From contig OX597838.1 of the NCBI GenBank assembly GCA_951406725.2, positions 21,018,001-21,082,000 of the forward strand: a stretch of 64,000 bases of DNA, given 5' to 3'. The position numbers and the translations under genes were made by a program. The notes under the pieces were generated by a model. That model did not search any database. It was not told the origin of the DNA and worked only from the letters and a program-made list of their open reading frames with translations. This stretch comes from Octopus vulgaris. Taxonomy: Eukaryota. Positions 38,000-55,660 of the stretch are shown here, piece by piece (position 1 is the first letter of the stretch; each line of letters opens with the position of its first letter).

Positions 38000-40063
38000 T
38001 GTATATATGTGTGTGTGTGTGTGTAAATATACATATGTATATTTACATAAATCTACATATGTGTACATGTGAAAGTGTGTATCCTTGTGGTTGGGGTGTT
38101 GCACTGACAGTCATAAGATTGTGGTTTCAATTCTCAGACTGGGAGGTGCATCGTGTCCTCGAGAAACACACTTCCTTTCATTCATGTTGCTCTGCGATTG
38201 CATCGGCACCTGGCATGTGGCACACCATGCACTTGTACAGGCAATGCCAGCTTGATGGAAGGGACCAAACTGATGTCCAGCACAACCATTTGACCACTGG
38301 AAACAAATCATCTGTGCAGGAGGCTGTTTGAACAAGAAATTTCAGAACCCTTATCTCACATCTACGACAGGGTACCTTTTCACTTGCATGTGGTGAGTTG
38401 TTTTTTTTTCTTTTACCTCTTCCCATTTCTACATTCAAATCATGTGTGTATTATGTGTGTCCCCTGTGTGTGTGTAGAACCATCAGCTTCCATTTCATAT
38501 CTAAGAGTTAGTCATAGTAATTAAAATTAAAATAAATGCGCCCTTTTAAAAAGCCTAGCCAGGATCATGGGCCCAGTTTCCCGGTTTCAATGGCGTATGT
38601 GTTCCTCGGCTGGACGGGACACAAGTCCATCGCAGTGTTACTCATTTTTGCCAGCTGAGTGGACTCGAGCAACGTGAAGTGAAGTGTTTTGCTCAAGAAT
38701 ACAATGCGTCGCCCAGTCCAGGAATCGAAACCACTATCTTACGATCATGGTGATGACACCTTAATCACTAAGCCACATGCCTCCACAGTCATAGTAATTA
38801 GTAACTCCATAATTCTTGCACACACTAACACACTGTCTTTGACCTTTGGTCTCCTTCCCACTATCTTTATTAAGTTTTTTTTCTTCTTTTTCTATTAGGA
38901 TGTTGGCAAATCGCTATCAGTTGTAAATTTGAATTTTGCTACTTTTTTATCTGTTATGAAACAGTTGAACAGATTATTCTGGTTTCCAGCTGAAAACAAA
39001 AGCATTGTGAGTGTGTATAATTGATGGTAGGCAGGAGTGAGTGAGAGTGGGAAGGGTAGTATTTATTTCAGTTGCTGGTGCCTTGTAGCTCCACACTCCA
39101 AGACCAGTAGTTTTCTTCTGAGGATTTCAGTTGAGATAAGTTAGCAGAATTTTCCCCACTAAAATGATGATTTTGTTACTGTTGTTAGAGACCCTCTTTT
39201 ACATCTTTAGGTTGTGTTTCCCACCCATCAAAGATCGGCTTTACTTTCCTCCTCCTCCTCTTGTCACTGAATAGCTGTAATCTTCTGGGGTTGAGTTAAC
39301 ATTTGAATCAATTGTCCCCATCCATCTTCTCTAAATCTGTGAATCTACTCCAGTAATATACTGAGGTCCAGAACTGTCAAGACATACGATAAACACCCAT
39401 GTGTCTAGTCAAAAGTTGCAAATACAGAAAAGTTGGGCAAGAGAGTGTGGTGTCACATAAAAAGCACCCAGTCCATACTCTGTAAAGTGGTTAGTGTTAA
39501 GAAGGGCACCCAGCAATAGAAACCATGTCAAAATAGACAATGGAGCCTGGTGTGGCTCCTGGTCTTACCAGCTCCCATCAATTTTTTAAATATTGTATTT
39601 TTATGTCAGGGTTCCAACCCGGGTCACAGCAGCAACAAAGTCCACCCGCCACACTTCTTGGTCAACATCACTGGCTCAAGGCCATGGATCCATTCCAGGC
39701 CAGAGTCTGCAATCAAGTTGTTGATGTTAGTGTGCCAGCATGGAAAACGGATGCTAAATGAAGATGATGATGATAGATAAAGATTCTGTAGATAATTTAG
39801 AAGAGACGTAGGCAACTGTGACCCACGGGGACTTTCTGAATTGCATGCAAGGGAAAAGTTACCCTGAATTATTTTAGCAATGTATTCTGTCTGATGACAA
39901 TCCAGGTCTCATACAGCCTGCTTCTCAGAAAAGGATTTCCCATGCTTGGTTCAGTGACTCTGAAAATAAGCCAATTTGTCCATGAAGTGTTGTCCTCCCC
40001 TCTCCAGGACCTCCTTCTCGGGCCTTCAATCTAGCTTTATTGAAATAGGCAGAATTGACCAAA

Positions 40064-40095
<32 letters not shown>

Positions 40096-40893
40096 AAGAG
40101 TGAAAGGGTTAAGTTAAATTTTTTACGTAATCTCTCCAATGTGATATATTGAGGAAATGGCTACTTTTGGTTTATGTCTGAAATTTTTATAAAAATATAT
40201 TTTCTTTTGTCTCCTGATAGAAAATGTTTTCTACACCACAGAGTAAATTAAATTTATAAATATATTGTTTTCCTCTCTTCAGCCCTGGGAACCATGTCAT
40301 TTTTTCGTTGTTTTGTTTGTTCTGTGGAGCTGTCTTTATAAATAATAATAATAATAATGATAATAATTATTATTCAGCACTGTATAAACTTGTTTGCCAA
40401 TGGGTGTATGTAAGATCATGGGGTTGCCTTAGGACGGTGTGTGTGGAACGGGGAGGCACAGGGAACAAGACAACACTCTTACAATATATCTTGTGAGAAT
40501 TAAATCTATTTTGAAACTGTGCATTATCAAGGTCAATCAGTTTTTGTTTTCCTTTTCTGTTTTTTTGTCAGCTTTTTCCTGACCTTTCCCCCACCTCTGT
40601 GCTACCCCCACAATTTTGACTAGTGATAGAACCTTTTTCTCTTGGCCTTTTAAAGAACACTTGACTGACCTTCACTTATGATATCAATAAGTTTGTGATT
40701 TACTGACAAAAGGAACAGGTTCTGCTCCAGTTAGTGACTTGAAGGTGTTTTTTTTTTTCTCTCTCTCTTTTTCTTCAGTCTCTTTGGTCAAACTAAGATT
40801 CGCTAAACACTAAATTCTACATTGGAGACTATCAGTATATAGCAGTAACATTTTCATCGTCATACGTTGAAACTGACAGGAGAGTCCATCAGT

Positions 40894-40938
<45 letters not shown>

Positions 40939-41442
40939 TTCTCTCTCTGCTAATTTTCAGATATGGTAATCAAAGCGAAATGAGACAGCTTCAGTTCCAA
41001 CTTAAGAATAACGGTAACATTTTCATTTCCTTTATTGAAGTAGGAGGAATTGATCAACCACAACGAGGGAAGATGAAAGAAAATTTAAGTCTGCCCATGT
41101 GTGGTTACATTCTTGCTTGACAATGACAATCTTCTCGAGTGACATTGCAATGGCAATCACAAAAACGTTCAGTGGAGACATCACTGCAATCTCCAGCAGT
41201 CAAGCATCTACCATTGACAAGGCCAAGGAAGGCTGAAATCATGTGATTTATCGCCTGCTAGCAATATAAACAAGTGTTTAGATGCTCCAAAAGCCAATAC
41301 GAGATAGTTTCTCTTGTGGTAATTATTGCAGTATTGTGTGTTCTAACACAACATCCACTTTTAAGTAGGGATAAATAATGCCTTTTGGTAATTAATACTG
41401 CTTTCATTGCTAATAATTATTATTTAATAAGCACATCATCCA

Positions 41443-41590
41443 TATACATACATCACATACATATATACACACATATATACACACACACATATACACACAC
41501 ATATACACACATATATATACACATACATACATATACACATACATATACACATACATACATATACACATACATACATATACACATACATAC

Positions 41591-41625
<35 letters not shown>

Positions 41626-42230
41626 CATATATATATACATATATATATACATATATATATACATATATTTATACATATATATACATATATTTATACATAT
41701 ATATACATATATTTATACATATATATACATATATTTATACATATATATACATATATATATACATATATATACACATATATATACATATATATACATATAT
41801 ATATACATATATATATACATATATATATACATATATATATACATATATATACATATATATATACATATATATACATATATATACATATATATATACATAT
41901 ATATACATATATATACATATACATATATATACATATACATATATATACATATACATATATATATACACATACATACATATATATATACATATATATACAC
42001 ATACATACATATATATATATACACATACATACACATATATACATACACACATATATATACATACACATATATATACATACACACATATATATATACACAC
42101 ATATATATATACATACACACATATATATATATACATACATATATATACATACACACATACATATATACACACATACATACATACACATATATACACACAC
42201 ACATACATACACACATATATATATATATAT
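41443..42230. repeat. Compound (TA)n/(CA)/(TATACA) microsatellite
   Basis: Direct inspection. Confidence 0.95.
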
Positions 42231-42881
42231 CACTTACTCTACAAAAAATATACCCATGCCATCAAATAAGCTCTACATGAAGCTGCTACTTGAAAAGGGA
42301 CTGACAAGTTGCCTATACAGCCTAACCGTTTTATAGGTATGAAACCAATTAGTCACTCTCTGATTGGCCGTAACAATCAACCTTATATATAGATATATAT
42401 ATATATGTCTTTGGTGGAATAAGCAAGAGAAATTGAACTCCATAATTAAGACTGTAAAGTTACTTAAGAAATTTAAAAGCTTGAGAGTTTCTGTGTTAAA
42501 CTTATCAAAAACTTGTTGGATTTGTTGTTTTTAGTTGAGATTATTTTTGTTAACGATATCTTTGACTCCATTCAGCTTCTTGCTTGCCACTAAATGTTAA
42601 AACTTTGTCTCTAAACTTTATTTAGTCTCTCTTCTTCAAATGGCCTAATTGCATACAAACCTGGCCATTTATTGTACAATGTACAGTAAAAAACAGTGAG
42701 AGAGAGCAGGAGGTAAGCACAGTTTTTTGCTGTTGTTGTTGTGTGGGAGGGGTGATGTATGTATTCCAATGAAAGGTTTTGTTGTTGTTGTTGCTGTTTA
42801 ATAACATGAAGAGAAATTCTGACGTTTGTTTACCAGAGTTCGAGTTTTATTAACTGTTGCCCCTCCCCCCACCAATCCCAC

Positions 42882-42912
<31 letters not shown>

Positions 42913-45424
42913 GTTGCATCATCAATCACTTAACTGTATGTGTAATTTTCTCTCCACTGGAGTGAACAAACAAATGCAATTTTAGTCTGAATTTTGTGTC
43001 TCTAGTCTCAACATTCTGTGACATAGCAGAGGCAGTAATATTATTGGTACACATGGAAGGTAAATTCCTCTAACACACACACACACACACACACACTATA
43101 GATTCTTTATTTTATTATTTTATTTTGGTAAAAATATTAAAAAAAAATCCATGGTGGTGGATTAAATCATTTCTCTCAATTTCCAAATCTGAGCAAATTT
43201 TGGTAATCTGTACATTTTTTTTTTTTTACTTTGGAATCCTAACAAATGTCACTAAATTAGAGTTGCTTGTCCCCTTTTCCCCTAAATACCACCATCTTAG
43301 TCATCAAAATATTGTGAGGGATTTTAATAAGATTATGTTGGCTGCTGTTAATATCTGCAAGTTGATGGGAAGTCACATATGCATTAATTATTATTATTAT
43401 CATCACTCATTAACCTAAAAAAAATTTTTTTTTTTTTTTTTGAAAAACTAGCCAACTGTGAAATCTAATAATCTGTCTCAAACTTTCACAATTCAAGGAC
43501 ATTTTCTGGGAAGAATTTTGTAGGTGGAAACTTTTGTTTTTGAATTCCCACCTTGCAGAGTAGAATGGCATTAACTAAAATGTTACTTCTGACCAATCTT
43601 TAAGAAAAAAAATATTAAAAAGAAAAAAAAAGTTCCATTTTTAAAAAAAAATTTTTTTTTCTTTTAAATGGGACCTTCATTTCAGCTCATCTAATAGAAT
43701 TTTATTTTCTGGGAGAAAAAAAAAGAAAATATTTTTCAGCAAAACATTCAAACAGCTTTCATTATTATCTCATCTGCTTATAGTCATTATTGTTCTTTTT
43801 AGTAAGACACAAATATCAAACCCCTTGCTTATTCCATTATAAATACAAGGGGAAAACTGACTAGCATAATGTGTTTTCTACCTCAAATCTCCCTTACTGA
43901 CTTCTACACTCTTGTTCCCTTTCATAAAAAAAAAAAAATGATACCCAGGTCACAAGAGTCTTGACCCCTTCTCTCTCTCTCTCATTTGCTGCTAAATATA
44001 TATATTTTTCGTCAACAATGACAGTTTTATTCATTTGCATTGTTCTTTTTTTTTTTAAAGCAAACTGAAGCAAGAAAATCTGTAGGAAATATTAAAAAAA
44101 AATGTTCTTGGAACAATGTCTTGGATAATGAAACCCCCTTCTTTTTTTTTTTGTTTGGAAAGATGAGTTGCAATATTAGTGTGGGTTTGTTTGGAACAAA
44201 GTCTGTTGCTATCCTATTTGAAGAATTTTTTGTACGATATATGTATAATATATTTATATATATATATATATCTCATAGAAATAATTCTAGCCCACGTCTA
44301 TTTGCTGGTCACATCTAAAGAAGTTTGTATATATAAAAATTTTAATTGAAAGTTATATAAAAAAAAAATATCAAAAGTGAATAAAGTAATTTGACTGTAT
44401 TACAGGTGTTCTTTGTTTTTTACCTTTGATTTACTGCATTTTTGTTTTTTATCATGTTAACCCATATATACCCCTGGTTTGAGTTTTTGCAATGCAAAAC
44501 CTGCTCTTAGTTGTTTGGACATGAACTAGCTAGGAAACATCTGACAGAGCATATGAAATGTTCAGTAGATACCCGTAGCTAACAGTTGCATACTGTCCTT
44601 CTCTTCCAGATTATGAAAGCTTACTATAATGTTTAATCTAAACACAGTGAAATTTTAAGACTTCATTTTTAATGGTTTAAAAAATGATATTTTTTTTTTT
44701 TTATAAAATCGCTTTGAAAAATAGAGAGCTGGCAGGCAGGAAACTACATGTAAGTTTTGTATTCTGTAAACCTTTCCATGACTATATTACAATTAATTTT
44801 TTAAAATAACCAAGAATTTGGGGAGAGATTTTGTTACATAAATAACTTTAATCATTATAAAATTTATATTTGGAACATAACTTGATAAAAAAAAAAAAAA
44901 TGTTTTTTACTAAAAGAATAGAAGTTTAAATGTAGATATGAACATTTTAAAATGGAGAGTTTTGTATGCTAGAACCAGAGGCATTCTCAGATGGGTTGCA
45001 AACCAGATATTGAAAGACACTGGACTGTAAGTAAAAGGTTATTGAAATCATATTACTGTTTTGAAAAAATTCTATTCCTTATGCAGCAAGAAACGGTGAT
45101 ATCCCCATTAACACTTTTTTTTTGTTTTTACAAATTTTCACATTTTCTTAATTTTTTTCACGTATTTCATAAAATAGCTGTTTTACAGAGTAAGTATCAA
45201 ATACATTTAGTATTGAACATGAAAACCATACTTACAGGATATGCTGAAAAAAGTATTGCTGGCACAGGAGTGGCTGTGTGGTAAGTAGCTTGCTTACCAA
45301 CCACATGGTTCCAGGTTCAGTCCCACTGCGTGGCACCTTGGGTATGTGTCTTCTACTATAGCCTCGGGCCGACCAAAGCCTTGTGAGTGGATTTGGTAGA
45401 CGGAAACTGAAAGAAGCCTGTCGT

Positions 45425-49600
<4,176 letters not shown>

Positions 49601-51185
49601 TCCTTAAATCCTTAAAAATGTTTTAGCCCGAAGGCCGCGGCCATGCTGGGGCACCACCGCTGAATGAGCTACACTAGTTTGTGAATCCACCTCTGATACA
49701 TGGCACTTGATCTACAAGGGAGTTCGATGCTGCTGCCCGCATCCGTGTCTCCTGTCGTGAGGTAGGTTCATCTGGGACTCCCAACAAGAAGAGATCCAGT
49801 TTAGTTTTAAAGAAACCCACATCCACACCATGTAAGTCTCTTAGGCATTTAGGGAGGATGTTAAAGAGCTGTGGTCCTCTGAAACCCAAGCTGTTGCAGT
49901 ATCTGGACCTGTATTTTGATGGTGATGTTGGAATCCTTGGCACCACGCAGCGGCGCCCCGTTCTGCGGTTGGAGTAACTTTGAATGCCAAAGTTTGGGAC
50001 AAGACCCTCCAGGATTTTCCAGATGTATATCACTGCATATCTCTCCCGCCTCCGCTCCAGGGAGAAGAGGTTTAATACCTTCAGTCTTTCCCAGTAGCTG
50101 ACATTTTGCATTGAGACGATTTTCTTTGTGTAGCTTCTCTGAGTTGCTTCGAGTTCTGCTGTTTGTTTTATATTGTGTGGTGACCAAAGTTGGGAGCAGT
50201 AGTCCAAGCGGCTGAGGACAAATGTTTTCCATAGGACCATCAGTGTCTCCTTCTCTCTTGTTCTGAAAGTTCGGAGAATCCATCCAGCTAGCCGTCTGCA
50301 TTTTATCACCAGATTAGCAATATGCATTTGGAAAGATGCATCATTGCTCATGTCAATGCCCAGGTCACGCACTGATTTTGACTCAGGGATTGCAATTCTT
50401 CCTGGGCCAGTGTATCCAGTCTTCACGTCATTTACCTTTGTGTGCCAGTAGCGCAGGGCCTGGAACTTACCTGCATTAAACTGCATGTTGTTGTCCTCAG
50501 CCCACCTGTATATTGTGTCCAGCTCATGTTGCAGATGCGCAATATTTTCAGGGTTTTGTATTGCGTGGGAGACTTTTGTGTCATCTGCATAGCTAGCAAG
50601 GGTGGTCATCGTAGCAACTGAAGGCATGTCTGAAAGGGCCACTATGAACATCAGTGGCCCCAAGACAGTGCCCTGTGGGACACCGCTTGTTATTTGCGTT
50701 TCCCTGGAGGTGGCTCCATTGCTCACAACTGCCTGTTTTCTGTCTTTTAGGAAGTTGTGCAGCCACTCTCCAAGTTTCCCGCCTATGCCGAGACCACGCA
50801 GTTTGTGACAGATCATACCATGGTCGACTTTATCAAAGGCTTTTGCAAAGTCAAGATATATTACATCCACATTTGAGCCATTTAGTAGCTGTTTCAACAC
50901 CCAGTCATAGTGTTGCAGGAGCTGTGTTAGGCAGCCTCTACCTGGTCGAAATCCATGCTGGGTGTCAGACAGTAAGTCATTTTCTTCAAGGAACATGATT
51001 AGTTTCTTACGGACTATTCGTTCCATGACTTTGCTGATGTGTGAGGTCAGAGAGATAGGCCTATAATTTTTAGCATCTGCTCTGCTACCTCCCTTATGGA
51101 TAGGGCATATTACCCCCTCTTTCAGTTTGACTGGGAGCTTACCACTTGCAAGAAAGCTCTGAAAAAGAAGCTGTAGCGGTTTTGC
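49601..51185 (-). mobile_element. 5'-truncated CR1-clade LINE with uninterrupted reverse transcriptase frame
   Basis: Motifs NYRPISLTS, QHGFRPGRGC, YLDFAKAFDKVDH, GVPQGTVLGP and YADDTK. Stop at 49674. Short 3' UTR with stem-loop and (tttaagga) tail. The 5' end abuts microsatellite. Confidence 0.95.
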
Positions 51186-51262
51186 ATATGTATATGTATG
51201 TATGTATGTATGTATATATGTATGTATGTATGTATATATATATGTATGTATATATGTATGTA

Positions 51263-51295
<33 letters not shown>

Positions 51296-51370
51296 ATATG
51301 TATGTATGTATATATATATATATGTATGTGTATATATGTGTGTATATATATGTGTGTATATATATGTGTG

Positions 51371-51403
<33 letters not shown>

Positions 51404-51762
51404 GTATGTTTATATATGTATGTGTATATATATGTAATTGTATATATATGTATGTGTATATATATGTATATATATATATGTGTATATAGATGTATGTATG
51501 TGTGTGTGTATGTATGTGTATATATGTATGTATATATGTATGTGTATATGTGTGTATGTATATGTATATGTGTGTGTATGTATATATGTATGTATATAGA
51601 TATGTATGTATGTATGTGTATGTATGTATGCATGTATGTGTAATATGTATATGTATGTATATGTGTGTATATGTATGTGTGTATATGTATATGTATGTGT
51701 ATATATATGTATATATATATGCATGTATATGTGTGTATATATATATGTGTATGTATGTATAT

Positions 51763-51872
51763 GTCACGTGACCGACCAGTCCATCAGATGTAGTTACACA
51801 TCGCTGGTCACAATGCCTTTGCATTGTTTTAGCCTTCGAATGACGCCACCCCGCTGGCTAAGCGAGCAGGCC
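51763..51872 (-). other. ~110-bp structured repeat (copy 2, best-paired)
   Basis: Minus-strand helices cctgct/agcggg, ttagcc/ggctaa, acaatgc/gcattgt and gaccag/ctggtc, plus terminal palindrome gtcacgtgac. Confidence 0.85.
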
Positions 51873-53021
51873 ATGTATGTATGTGTATGTATATGTATGT
51901 ATGTATATGTGTATATATGTATGTATGTGTATGTATGTATATGTATGTATATGTATGTATATATATGTGTGTGTGTGTATGTATATATATGTGTGTATGT
52001 ATATATATGTGTGTATGTATATATATATGTATGTGTATGTATGTATATATATATATACACACATATATGTATGTATACTGCTTCTGTGCAGGGATAGGTA
52101 TGTATATATATATATATACACATATATATATACACATATATATATATACACACATATATATACGTATGTGTGTGTGTATATGTTTGTATGTCTGTGTTTG
52201 TCCCCCGTTTGGGCAAGTGTGTGGATTTGGTAGAGGGGAACTGAAAGAAGTGTTTACGTCCCAGTAACTTAGCGGTTTGGCAAGAGACTGATAAATTAAA
52301 TACTAGGCTTACAAAGAATAAGTCCTGAGGTCGATTTGGTCGACTAAAGGTGGTGCTCCAGCATGGTCAGAGTCAAATGACTGAAACAAGTAAAAGAGAA
52401 TGAAAATGGAAATAGTTTAGAGCTGATTTCTATGCCTCTGCTGGCAAGAAAAGGATTCTAAGTGAAGGGTATTTAGTTTGATGCTTGTGTTGCTACATGG
52501 TAGCGAAAACATGGGGCATTAACTGTAAAGAATGTACAAAGGATGGAAAAATATGAAGCAAGAATGCATGTTCTGCCGGATGTGTAATGTTGGTGTACAC
52601 AAACAATGGCATAAATGAAGGGAAAGAAAATAGGGCGCAAGACGAATTATTAGCTGTAGTGTATGAAAGAGATCTTTTTGATATGGACATGTGATGATAG
52701 TAAAGAAGTGACTAGTGATCCAGATAGGAGGAACTTGTGGAAGAGAAAGACGTGGGATAAAGTAGTGAAAGTTCATCTCAGGAGGCTTAACCTCACGAAG
52801 GAGATAACAAAGGATCACAAGCAGTGATGAGGTTTTGTACTGGAAACAACCCCTCAGTGTCAGATGTAAAAATGATCCAATGATTAACCTCCAAGATTCG
52901 TCTTATATTCATCAGTGTTGAGAAACACAAAAGGGTCCTTTTTTTTTTTTTCAAATGTTGTAAACCAGAGGTTCAGATAAATCAACAATTTAAAAAGAAG
53001 AAACTACCAAAATGAAGCTCA

Positions 53022-53108
53022 TCAGCTCCTTCGGTCTCTGTTCTCTTTCTTCGCAATTACCAGTTGGATGAACTTGATTTTGTGGCCTTCATGCTCAAAC
53101 GTAGTAGT
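53022..53108 (-). CDS. Probable terminal coding exon of the EGF-repeat receptor
   Basis: Strong acceptor tttctttcttttttgtag. Phase 0 frame reads TTTFEHEGHKIKFIQLVIAKKENRDRRS*. Assigned by phase and acceptor strength only. Confidence 0.6.
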   Translation of the reverse strand, partial: TTTFEHEGHKIKFIQLVIAKKENRDRRS

Positions 53109-53244
53109 CTACAAAAAAGAAAGAAAGAAAAATGTGTTTCTCTCAAAATTAATTTATCATCAATCAAAGAAAGATTGTAGGAAACTGAATTCAATTCCAG
53201 CAATTCTACAACATCCAAATTTTAATTCCTAGATTTACACAACT

Positions 53245-53700
53245 CGTCATCATCATGGCTCAGCTTCGCGAACGAAAATCAGGAAGGCTGTCCACATCGT
53301 GTGCATGCACACTCATGTCTGACAAGTCCGATACGGGAAAGGCAGGTCCATGAGCAGTGTCCACAGACAAAGGTAACATCCAGTGTGGCGCCAGAGGCAG
53401 CTCGCGCCTTCCTCCTGCGTCTCTTGTCTTTAAGCGCGTCTCTTCTCTGTTCATCTAACTCGCTGACTGCGTTGAAGATCGTGTGGCGCTAGACATCAAT
53501 ACACACTCATCTCTCTCTATCCGCTCAGTCGAAGTCGACTCTTGGTCACTCGTTGGATCAGTGTCCTCCAGTCAGTTCTATCCTGAGCCACTTCCTTCAG
53601 ATTGGCCATGTCCATTCCGGTATCACTCCTAATGGTGTCAAGCCAGCGGGTTCTTGGTCGGCCTCTTCCTCTCTTGCCACTGACCATTCCGAGCATACTC
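53245..53700 (-). mobile_element. Two adjacent RTE LINE 3' ends
   Basis: 53245-53490 encodes FVCGHCSWTCLSRIGLVRHE (RTE/BovB-like C-terminal Zn motif) with an (atg) tail. 53517-53700 encodes GKRGRGRPRTRWLDTI...AQDRTDWR. Confidence 0.75.
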
Positions 53701-54611
53701 ATACACACATGTATAACAACAGTCTTATATATAAATACACACAATTAATTAGTTGCAAAAAGTATAATTACTTACAAGATATAAATTGTAGTTTAGTTTT
53801 CCTCTAAAGTAACTTCATTTTCATAGCAGCCATCTGTATTGTTGGTAATAGGTTGGTCATGTGCATCTTGGTTCTTTAACAGAATCTGAATATACAATAC
53901 GGAAGTTTTAATTAATCAGTACTAAATATCAGAAGCCATATCTTAGATTCCAGAAAACCATTATTAGAGAATAATATGTTGCTGGAGGAGGTAATAAAAT
54001 TGTTTGGCTATATCAGTGACAGAGATCAATAGAATCATCATCATAAGTACTAGGCTTACAAAGAATAAGTCCTGGGGTCGATTTACTCGACTAAAAGGCG
54101 GTGCTCCAGCATGGCCGCAGTCAAATGACTGAAACAAGTAAAAGAGTAAAGAGAATATCATCATAGTCCAGTGTCTGTCTTCCATGCATGGGTAAGATGG
54201 TTGACAGGAGCCAGCCAGCCAGGTAGGAAACTACCCTGTTTTGGCAGGGTTGCATAGTGTAGGTTCAATGACTACCAGGCAATAACATGGGCTTGCAGAA
54301 ATTCCATGTTGGTGATGGACGAACCTGGAAGACCTCTGACTGTTGGGTAGCCCTTAGCTTTCATCAAAGCATGTCTCTAGGGGAAATTGTCACTCTGATA
54401 TAAAACAAATATGCAAAGAATGACATTAAGCATTTTAGGGGTCGTTTGCTTATGGTCAAGGTAATATGCGAAGAATATGGTCATCATTGGGATATGACTC
54501 TGGAGGAAGCAATTGCAACAAATTCTCCAAAACAAGTCAGAGATCTGTTTGCAGATCTTCCCATTTGGGGTCAGTTGCTTAAAAGCTATATACTAGCTTA
54601 AAGTTTGTCCT

Positions 54612-54912
54612 ATAGTAGCAGTAATAGTAGTAACAGTAGTAGATGGCGAGTAGTAGAAGTAGTAGTAGCAGCAGTAGTTGTGGTAGTAGTAATCATAATA
54701 ATAATAGTGGTGGTAGTAGCAGCAAACAACAGAATTGCAATGTAGTGGTAGAAGTAATAGTGGTGGTGATTGAGGTAGTAGTAGATGGTGAGCAGTGTTG
54801 GTGGTGGTAGTAGTAGATGGTAAGTAGCAGTAATAGTAGATGGTGAGTAGTAGTAGAAGCAGCAGCAGTAGTTGTGGTAGTAGTAGTAGTAATAGTGGTG
54901 GTAGTGGTAGCA
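54612..54912. repeat. (GTA)/(GTG) degenerate trinucleotide tract
   Basis: Direct inspection. Confidence 0.9.
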
Positions 54913-55267
54913 AACAACAGAATTGCAATGAATATTTGATTTTAAAAAAAGGAAAGTGATCTGAAGATAAATAAAAGAGGGAGGAAATTGGAGAAATAAG
55001 TATTTTTGAGGTTAAGTACATACAAAGCCGTCTGTGTGTGTGTGTGTGTGTGTGTTGTTTATGTAATGCTGAATATACACACAGTTTTAAATATATATAA
55101 ACAAACACAGTCATAGCTGTGTGGTAAAAAACTTGCTTCCCAACCACATGGTTCCAGGTTCAGCCCCACTGCGTAGCACCTTGAACAAGTGTCTTCTACT
55201 GTAGCCTCAGGCTGACCAATGCCTTGTGAGTGGATTTGATAGATGGAAACTGAAAGAAGTCTGTTAC

Positions 55268-55318
<51 letters not shown>

Positions 55319-55475
55319 TAATAAATAAATGCGCCCTTTTAAAGCCTAGCCAGGCTCATGGGCCCAGTTTCCCAGTTTCAATGGCGTATGTGTTCTGCCC
55401 AGCTGGATGGGACGCCAGTCCATTGCAGCGTTACTCATTTTTGCCAGCTGAGTGGACTGGAGCAACGTGAAATAT

Positions 55476-55660
55476 ATATATATAAAACAATAAGTAATGG
55501 AGCAATAATAACAGTTAGAAGTGGATCATTTGTGTTTTTTGAAGTCATTCAATAACGTTATTAAATGACTTTAAAAAACACCAATTATCCACTTCTAACA
55601 GTTATTATTATCTCCATTACTTATTATTAGCTCCATTACTTATCGTTTTCTTTATATATA
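55476..55660. repeat. Spacer-less imperfect palindrome (foldback)
   Basis: Centred on aataac|gttatt (55556/55557), with arms of about 70-80 bp. Confidence 0.85.

Noticed and set aside
40961-41011. Exon-like segment (ttttcag|...acg|gtaac) downstream of ACAP
   Set aside because: ACAP already has a conserved terminal exon. There is no homology, and it cannot be supported without transcripts.
54593-54960. Good minus-strand acceptor at 54961 as a possible receptor exon
   Set aside because: It leads into a low-complexity trinucleotide tract with no clear donor.
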